A stretch of 43,812 bases of DNA from Hyphochytrium catenoides (taxonomy: Eukaryota; Protista; Hyphochytriomycota), in contig FLMG01003186.1 of NCBI GenBank assembly GCA_900088475.1, forward strand, positions 1 through 43,812, read 5' to 3'. Of the stretch, positions 35,518 to 43,812 are shown in pieces. The notes under the pieces were generated by a model. That model was not told the origin of the DNA, made no database searches, and worked only from the letters and a program-made list of their open reading frames with translations. The translations under genes were made by a program, and so were the position numbers. How positions within the stretch are numbered: position 1 is the stretch's first letter; each line of letters starts with the position of its first letter.

Positions 35518-38176
35518 TTAGAGGAGCTGTTGAACGTCAATATGTCCCTTCGGACTTGGCGACCGTCTTGGGTCGCCGTCTGTGGTCCTGCTCGTCTCTC
35601 CTCCTTTGGTTTGCCCTTCTTTGGCTCTGTCTCCTCCCGCTCCTGATCCTTCTCCCATACTGTGGGAGCCGACATTGGCGATTGAGGCTCTTCTAGTCTT
35701 GCCCTTCTTGATCTCTGCTTGCTTTTGATACTGCGTGACCAGCTCAAAGAGTCTGTACCTCTTATCTTTGGGGGTTGAAACTAGCTGGACATCTCGACGC
35801 TTATCATAGCGCTGGAGGTTCTCCAAGCGGTTCCTGGCAACCTGTGTAAACCAAAGGGAACCAAGGAACAAACCAAATTGAAGAGCAAGACACGGAGGCG
35901 ATTGTTCGTCAGAGCCGTTCCCAAGCTGACGACGCTGAGAAGGAATAGAGTTTCTACCGTGGCCAATTCGTCATAGATCTCTGGGAAGTCGACTGTGAAC
36001 TGCAAGAGATGCTTCTTAGAGAGCACATACAGCTCACAGTTAGGGCTCAGCACCACCACCGACGCGTTTCGGCAAGGTGTCAGCAGGCACCCTATCTCCC
36101 CAAAGTAATCACCTTCAAACAGGATGTAGAGGTCCAGGAAAGGGGCATAAGGAAGGCAGAGAAGAATGAAATAAGGGCGTGCTCAAGGCGGCCTCTGCAA
36201 CTAGACGATAGGGATCACAGAGACAGGAAAAAACCAAGCAAAGGAAGGCCACGCGAATCACCAGCGAGCTTCACAAGGGTAGGGGAAAGGGGACAAAGAA
36301 GGAAATAAGCCATAACGCGAGAGAGACTGCGGAGAATGGGGAGAGAAGGACTTCGCAGAGATGATCTGTGGGCATCACCAGGATTGAGGATTTTGATCTG
36401 TCGTTCTGACTTGACGATTGTCACCTGACCCTTGGTTAAGAAGTACCTGAGGGACAGGCATTAGGTCACCGCAACGGGTTCTTGGGCGATGGAGAGAGGC
36501 GTCGACAGTGGACGTGCAAAGATCAATCAGGTGACTCAAGGCCGAGATTGGCCCAAGAGAAAGAAGAGAATAGGGGAGAAAAAGCGGTGTCCAAAGAGAG
36601 AAAGACGGTCAGAGTAGATGGGACAAGGATAAAGCCTGGACCGATTATGCCTGCCATTCAATAACAGAAGTGCAAGATACTAGAGAGGATGCTATAGACA
36701 CAGCTGAGTCAGGATGAAAACGAGAGAGACAGAAGAAGGGACATACACGGAGAGAAAGAAGCAGAAAGAACAGGGCAAAGACTGACATTTCATCTGCGTA
36801 TGCACCCTCCAAACAAATGAACTCTCCCTTGTGAGAGACCATCGGCTGGAGCACCACGACCATCGATGCGATGCAGTGCGGTATCTTCTGCTTGAAGAAA
36901 GGAATCTTCGCAATCAGCTCTTTATCTATGTAGAGAACCTGGGAGGGAGAGATTATCAGCCTAAAGAAACGTAGAACCAGGAAAACGTCCTCAGCTAAAG
37001 AGCGAGAAAGAGATCGAAGTAACCAGAGATGGTGGGAGAGCGAAGCCGGGGCCTTGCTGCCAGAGAGACTGAGAGCTGGGGCGGGGGAAAGGAGGAGAGG
37101 GAGATGGACAGCNNNNNNNNNNNNNNNNNNNNNNNNNNNNNNNNNNNNNNNNNNNNATACTCGAAGTGATTCCGCACCTTGGATGCCAGGGCATGAGGCA
37201 GATGCGCATCTCTAGAGCGTGAAGAACGACAGACACATAAAAAGGCATTAGTAGAAAGAGAGAGAGACAGAGAAAGGAAAAGGAGAGAGAGAAAGAGAGA
37301 AGAAGCAGCAGAGACTCGGGTTAAATGAAGCATTAGCTGAGAGCCCAGGTAAAGTCAAGGAGAGGCGAGAGAAAGAATGACATATGCGTCAGAGATAAGT
37401 GTTCCAGGACTGTAGAGAGACTCCTGCTCCAAGGAACGTCTCTGACCTGATAAAGTCTGTCACTTGCTGCATCTTCTGCCTCGCCTCAGCGTTCTTAGCA
37501 TCAAAGGAGCTCATGATGGCTGACATAGAACTCACAATATAGGAGAACCACGTAACACCTGGAAAGGAAAGATAAAAGATCAGGATGGACAAGGATGAGG
37601 AGGAGTTCAACCGAGAATCGGGAGAATCAAAATCAGAGAGATGAGCGAAGAGAAAGAGTATAAAAGTAAAGGTTTTAGGAAACAGGAAGCATGCAAGAGC
37701 TTCTTAGTCGTGAGATTAGGTGACGAGGGTAAAGCGAGCGAGAGAGAGAGAGAAAAGAGAGAGAGAGTGATGGGGAGGATCAGCAAAGGTGGAATGCCTT
37801 TGAAGTTGAAAGAGAAGGAGGGGACGCTGTGTGAGAGAGAAAGAGAGGCAAACAGATAGAGAGAGACGGAAGAGACATCGAAAGAGGTAAAGAGCTATCT
37901 TTCTGGCGTTCGAGAGCCAAGGGAACATGTTAAACACTCAGTCCCCGAGCTTGAAAATACTGCAGGAAACCTTACCTATCAACATCACAACGATAGCGAA
38001 GAGCTTCTCCTGCCAAAGGAAGGCGTTGATATCTCCATAGCCCACTGTCGCGAGGCTGGTAGGGACAGCAAAGAGAACGCTTAGACACTCCTACTATGGC
38101 AGGTCAGACCACCCAGAGAGGACGGCCGCAACCGTCCTTGATAAGTAAGCCACTAGACAGTACTCTTAGACCTGTT

Positions 38177-38222
<46 letters not shown>

Positions 38223-39028
38223 TGTGTGTCTCTCTCTGTCTCTGTGTCTGTGTCTGTGTCTGTCTCTTTCTTTCTTTTGTCTTTCGATCTCTCTCTCGCC
38301 CACACTCGCTCTCCATTATTACTTCTTTGGCCTTTGACCCTACTTACGTAGTGACTGTCCAGTAGAGCGCCGCCACATATTTCTCTCCATCTGTCCCGTG
38401 TTCTATCCCATGTTTGACGACCCAGCTCTTTGCCAAGTATTGCCCGTCCTCTCCCACGGCCAGCAGGTGCCAGACACATCCCACCAAGTGAGAGACGAAG
38501 AGCATCCAGAAGGCGATGGAGGCCAAACGAGAAACGCCCTAGGAGGAGGCAAAAGATAGAAGAGGCCCAAACACTGTGAGACAGCATGTCAAGGTAGCAG
38601 CCATAGATAACAGATCAAGATAGATGAAGAAAGAGAGAAAGAGAACGAAAACAGAAGGAGAGAGAGGAAGAAAGAGAAGAGAAAGGGAGCGAGAGATAGA
38701 GAGAGAGAGAAAGATGCGCCTTCGCGAGATGAAAAAGGAGTACGATCCATTTTGGTCACCTGGTGGATATTATAGCTACTTTCTACCCAGTCAACAGTGC
38801 GCTGCACGGCTCCAATGCGGGCAAAGCGCATTAACCGCAGGAAGCGAACCACTTTGAAGATGCGCGGCAGTTTTACCAGGCGACCAACCTGGAAGAAAAA
38901 GGAAGCACGTAGGATTATCACAGGGAGAATGGTAAGCGCTTAAACTATCGAGCGAACAAGAGACAGAAGGGAAAGGAGGGTGGACGAGGAAAAGAAGGAG
39001 AGAGAGAGAATGACAGAGAAAGGGGGGA

Positions 39029-39059
<31 letters not shown>

Positions 39060-40244
39060 GAGAGAGAGAGAGAAATAAAGAGCGAGATATCAGCGAAGGG
39101 CTAGACAAAGACCAATTCAACGAGAGGAAGAACGAAAGAAAGGGAGGGCGGTAGGTGTAAGAGCGAAGAAGATTGAAGGGATCTGCTGGTCTACCTGATT
39201 GAGTCCGTTAAGGCTATTCTCTCCAAGAATGAGCCCTAAAGGAAGAGATGAAGCAACGTCGACGAGGAACCAGGACTGGAGATACTGCCGGGCAATCGTA
39301 GGGAGATGCGTGGTATACTCTCCTAAACGAGAGATAGACAAAAGAGAGAGAGAGGACGAAAGTGACCCAAGAAGCACGTTAAAAGAAGTATGTTCAGCTC
39401 TAGTAGGCTCTAACCCCAACTCTAAGCAGAAGAGTGAGCTTGCCAAGACGACTAGTGCCATATGATTGTTCGCCCTTTCTTCAACAGGCTGCCTCTGTTT
39501 CTCTCTCTGTCGTCTGGCTGCCAGAGAGCCCATCCCCTACCTGTCTTTGCTCGCGGTGCCGTTAGAAAGGTGAGGGGGACATCGAGAATGAAGGTAACAT
39601 CAATCATCGTCTCGAGGGGCTGAAGAGCCCCTGGCGTGTCCACGTCGAAGCCAATTCGATAGGGAACCATCACTCCCACGTAAAGCAGGCACGCGATGGC
39701 TGTGGGCAAGAGAGAAACACAGAGGGAGAGAGAGAGGGTAAGTACGAGAAGGAGGTTCAGAGAGAGAGAGAGTTTGGGCGAAAGAGACAGACTAATGAGG
39801 TTGCCAAACAGGAAGTGGAACAAGAGAAAGAGCTAGCGGGCCAGGGCGGGGCCAACAGGAGAAGGGCCAAGTTGTGTTGACAATAGTACTGAAGCTCCAG
39901 TTCGTGGAGCTGAGAGCATGTCGAAGAGTTAATTCCTCCTGAACTGGAAGCGGAGAGAGAGAGAGAGAGAGAGGAAGAAAATCACACAGCAGGCAAGATG
40001 AAAGAGAAAGAATTAAAGACAGCAGGAAAGAGAGCAAGAGAGAGAGAAAACGTAGCGCGGAAGAAGGAAGTAACTGAGGGAGAGAAGCCCCCCCGAAAGA
40101 GAGAGAAAGAGAGAGTGTTATCTAAGGAAGGGAGAAACGTACACCAGAAGTCCCAATATTTCCTGATTGGACCGTCTGCAGGTAAAAGGTACCAGGGTAA
40201 TGCTGTCTGGAAGCCGTGCACATCTTGGATCAGCAAGACGGAGA

Positions 40245-40302
<58 letters not shown>

Positions 40303-42339
40303 GAAGAACGGGCTACCCGAGCTCTACGCAGATGGAGAAGAGAGAGAAAAACAGGGACACGTCCAAGACAGATCTCGAAAAGGTGGGGAAGAAGAATTCT
40401 TTTCACGCGGAGTCACAGGGAGACAGAGAGCATTGAGCTCACGAAGAGGCAATAACGTGACCAGAGGTAGCCTACCATTGCCGGGTCCGTCCACGTAGAG
40501 GTTTGCCTGAGGAAAGCCTGTCCCTTGGACTTGGACGAGGGAGAATGACGGTTTATAAAGGCACGCACAGAGCCCATAACGGTCTTCTTTGGAGGAAGAA
40601 AGAGTATGTCCCTCTGAGAGCCCGTCTTTATGCCTGAAAGGCGCCGCTGGCGAGTCCTTATGACAGGAGAAGGAGGAGAGTTTGTTGATGCCGATGCCGC
40701 GACATCGTTTGGGATCTCTCCTGAGGAAGGGAGAGACGAAGAGAGAGAGAGTGGCCGACTAGGTGACGGCGGAGACGTAGAGTTGGTGGTGGCGCTGGAA
40801 TGCTGGCGGCCTGCTGGAGGAGGAGATTCCTTGCCACTTCTAGCTGCTAGGAGACCAGCACGCGGAGAGATGAAGAGGGAAGAGGCATGATGAGGACACC
40901 AAGCTTCTTCCCGCTGTTTTGTTTCTCTCTTTCCTGGTTGTTATGCCTCGTCTGGCCTTTGTCCATACTCTTCGGGCTTTCCTACTGTTTCTTTTCCTTC
41001 TCTCTGCTCTAAAGTCCCTTCCCATACCTGCTCCTGCAGTCTCAAAATCGAACTTTGAGGCGGACTCGACCTTCAGGTCCGAGCTCACTCCTGCTGATAA
41101 AAGTTCCGGCGAGCTCCTCACCTTCAGACAGTCAGCGGGATATCAGGCTAAGACGTCCAGCGCAAGAGAAGAAAGGCACAGTCCTTTTCTTCCTTCCGTT
41201 CTCTAGCTCCCTCTGCTTGTAGAATGGCTTCCTNNNNNNNNNNNNNNNNNNNNNNNNNNNNNNNNNNNNNNNNNNNNNNNNNNNNNNNNNNNNNNNNNNN
41301 NNNNNNNNNCTTCTTCTTTGTGGTCTGCCAGTGTGAGAGCTCTAATCAACTCTCCGGCTAGTGTCTCACCTTAGCATCCACTTGTCCTCTCGAATTCGTA
41401 GACTTGGGGCTGCTCATGGGCAGAAATGGATGTAAAAGAGAGCACGAAGCACCGAGGGAAGAGAGAGAGCAACGATTAGGTGGTAGTACGAAGCCAAACT
41501 GGCATGAGTGCGGCCGTACAGGAGAGAAGAGTGAACGAGGGAGACAGAGAGAGAGAAGAGAGAGAGAGGGGGCTTTGGCTCCTACAGAGGAGGCTAGTAC
41601 GAACAAGAAAATGCAAGTACCATAAATGACTTTCAGTCCTATTTGGCTGACCTCTCTCTCTCTCTTTCTTCCTCTGTCTCTCTCTCTCTCTCTCTCTTCA
41701 AGGTCTCTCTACCTCTCACGATGTTGTTTCTCTCCATCTTTCCGTGAGTACCTCTCCCTTTCTTCCTCTCTCCTTCTCTCCTCATGGCTCTCTCCCTCAC
41801 ACTTGTCCTGTCGCATGAACTACCTAGGGGGAGAGAAGCCAAGCGTGGGTCCTTGGAGCTCAGGCACCGGCACAAAGGGCGGAGGTGTGACGACTGCTGG
41901 GCTGACGACGATGTGATAGTTCCTCGAGACCCGCCTCGAGGCGCTGGTGTCAGGGGATAAAAGAAGATTCTCTGCCCCTGCGTTAGCGATTCCTGCCAAG
42001 GAGGAGAGACGACGCTCTCTCTCTCCTCCTGAGGCATGGAAGAAAGTCACAGGGAGAAAGAGACTGTTAGACTTTCTATCACAGTGCAAAGTAAAGTCTT
42101 GATGAGTGGAGTCAAGTCCGAAACGAGCTCTTTCTCTCTCTCAGCGTCGCCATTATTCTGTCTCCTCCTCCTTTACTGTCTCTTCGCCATTATTTGCGGG
42201 CCTCTCTCTCTCTGTCTCTCTCTCTCTGTTTCTTTCTCTGTTTCTTTCTTTCGTTCACTGAACCGTCAGTGTAGGTCTTACCTTGGGGAGAAGCGGCGCC
42301 ATCGGCTTGCGGCGCCACCTTTGCAGAGCTGCCTTCCAT
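35518..42339 (-). CDS. Voltage-gated K+ channel with cyclic nucleotide-binding domain (CNBD superfamily), multi-exon
   Basis: S1 KYWDFW...VMVPYRIGF; YLQSWFLVDVASSLP; S4 GRLVKLPRIFKVVRFLRLMRFAR; S5 SHLVGCVW; pore YVAALYWTVTTLATVGYGDI; S6; C-linker; CNBD IPFF...GEFICLEGAYADEMYFLTKGQV...GDYFGEIGCLLTPCRNASV. The N-terminal exons (ATG 42339, MEGSSAKVAPQ) and the stop are less certain. Part of the C-linker falls in the gap at 37113-37156. Confidence 0.88.
40247..40297 (+). repeat. (GA)n dinucleotide microsatellite, intronic
   Basis: Perfect AG run of about 50 nt inside a channel-gene intron. Similar tracts occur near 38180, 39030 and 41650. Confidence 0.95.
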
Positions 42340-42837
42340 CGTCTCCAAAGGAGCCTCAAAGGCTCTCTGTCTATCGGCCTAGAGCGCCTGCATCAGTGGT
42401 CCCTCTCTTTCTCTTCCTATCTTCTTCTTCAGTATCCTCTTTTTGCTCTCTTCTCTCTCTTTTCCTTATTCTCCTCTCGGAGGTGCAGCGCTGCCTCACG
42501 TGTTATCGCTTTAGAATAGCTAAAGAGTTATATTTTGTGCTTCAGGGTCTGCAAAAGAGAGAGAGAGAAAAAGAGAAAGATTGAGAGAGAAGAAGATGAC
42601 GGCCCAGAACTAGAGCAGAGAGGCAGGCATAAGGGCCCCGGAGAGGAGGGAACGGCTGTAGTCGTACGACCCTGTCCGCCAAGAGGAAGGAGGGCGGCGG
42701 GAAGCCGCATGAGGGAGTCTGCGATGACGGTCCAGAGAGAGAAGGATGGAAGGGAGAAGAAATGAGAGACATGGTTGAGGAATGGGTAGAGGAAGAGGAG
42801 AGAGNNNNNNNNNNNNNNNNNNNNNNNNNNNNNNNNN

Positions 42838-42877
<40 letters not shown>

Positions 42878-43154
42878 GCACATTATCTATGACAAAGGGG
42901 CTTCTGAAAGGTCAAAACACAACCCCGCACGTAACGCTCTGCGTTTGATATCAAACTGAGTTTGGTAACCCATCCAGTTCTTACTCAACTTAAGACTCTT
43001 TACAAAAAGTATAGTGGGTTTGCCAAACAAATGTGTGAGGCAGCTACGTCCGAGGGGGTTACAAGATTGCTGGCCCTAGTAGACAAGTGGACCACCAGTG
43101 CCTACAAAAGAATGGGAACTTCAAAAGAAGATAGAAAATGGGACAAATCTAGGA

Positions 43155-43284
43155 AGGGAGAGAGAGAGAGAGGAGAGAGAGAGAGACAGAGAGAGAGGAA
43201 AAAAGAAAGAGAGAGAAAGAGAGAGAGAAAGAGACATTGAGAGAGAGGTGACGCCGCAGAGAGAGGAGAGAGAGAAAAAGAAGA

Positions 43285-43363
<79 letters not shown>
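43155..43363 (+). repeat. Imperfect (GA)n microsatellite cluster
   Basis: Extended AG/GA-rich low-complexity tract. Another run extends off the window end from ~43782. Confidence 0.9.
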
Positions 43364-43364
<1 letters not shown>

Positions 43365-43779
43365 ACGAGTTTATTGGCAAGAATGGTAGGAAGAGAGACT
43401 GACGGGATGGAGGTGGTGCTGAGAAACGACCAGGAAAGCTATGATAATCTACGTCCTGGCTACGTGTCGCCAGTGATCGAAGAGCCGCCGCGAAGTCTTC
43501 TTTTCTCCTTTTTATGTTTATATAAAGGGAAGCTCAGCGCTAAGAAGAGCTCTGATCTCTTCCCTTGCTTCGAGGACTCCTTTCCTCTCGGTGTCTATTC
43601 TCTCTGCCACTTTTCAATACTTCTCTCTTCCTCTTGATGACTCCTTGTTGGCCATTCTATCCCCTTCGTCAGCTCTGCTTATTATGCTCAATGTTGGGAG
43701 ACAGAAAGACTCGCCGCCAGCAAGAAGAGACAGAAGGACGAGTAGCAAAAGAGAGAAAGAGGCCGAACGGCGCGAACAA

Positions 43780-43812
<33 letters not shown>

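Noticed and set aside
37113-37156. Apparent deletion in the channel C-linker (pseudogene?)
   Set aside because: The missing residues coincide with an N-gap, so this is an assembly artefact.
37641-43637. Many ER-repeat and SL-repeat ORFs
   Set aside because: Translations of GA/CT microsatellites in introns or intergenic DNA.
1-43812. Prokaryotic systems, CRISPR arrays, transposases, tRNA/rRNA, alternative genetic code
   Set aside because: None seen. Stops interrupting genes are explained by ordinary GT-AG introns under the standard code.

Overview
Gene-dense, intron-rich eukaryotic DNA with GT-AG introns, CTAAC/CTGAC-type branch points, (GA)n/(CT)n tracts and four N-gaps. RAD23 features suggest a stramenopile/ochrophyte, but that is inference. 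Splicing exons by hand gives nine genes: an intronless orphan 7TM protein, an intronless mitochondrial aspartate aminotransferase, a giant USP35/38-like deubiquitinase (minus strand, ~14.5 kb), a mitochondrial PPR protein, RAD23, IST1, an uncharacterised Tudor-containing protein, RAD1 (9-1-1 clamp) and a cyclic-nucleotide-binding voltage-gated K+ channel. The standout is the deubiquitinase. Its catalytic domain is split in frame by ~700 aa holding nine MABP-type repeats (three beta-prisms) and two copies of an unassigned Gly/Trp beta-module. Its N-terminal half adds two more copies of that module, four NZF zinc fingers, a UBR-box, LamG and legume-lectin-like domains. It also has a C-terminal UIM and an atypical Cys-box. 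All exon models and family calls are by eye and from recalled motifs; none were checked by database search.
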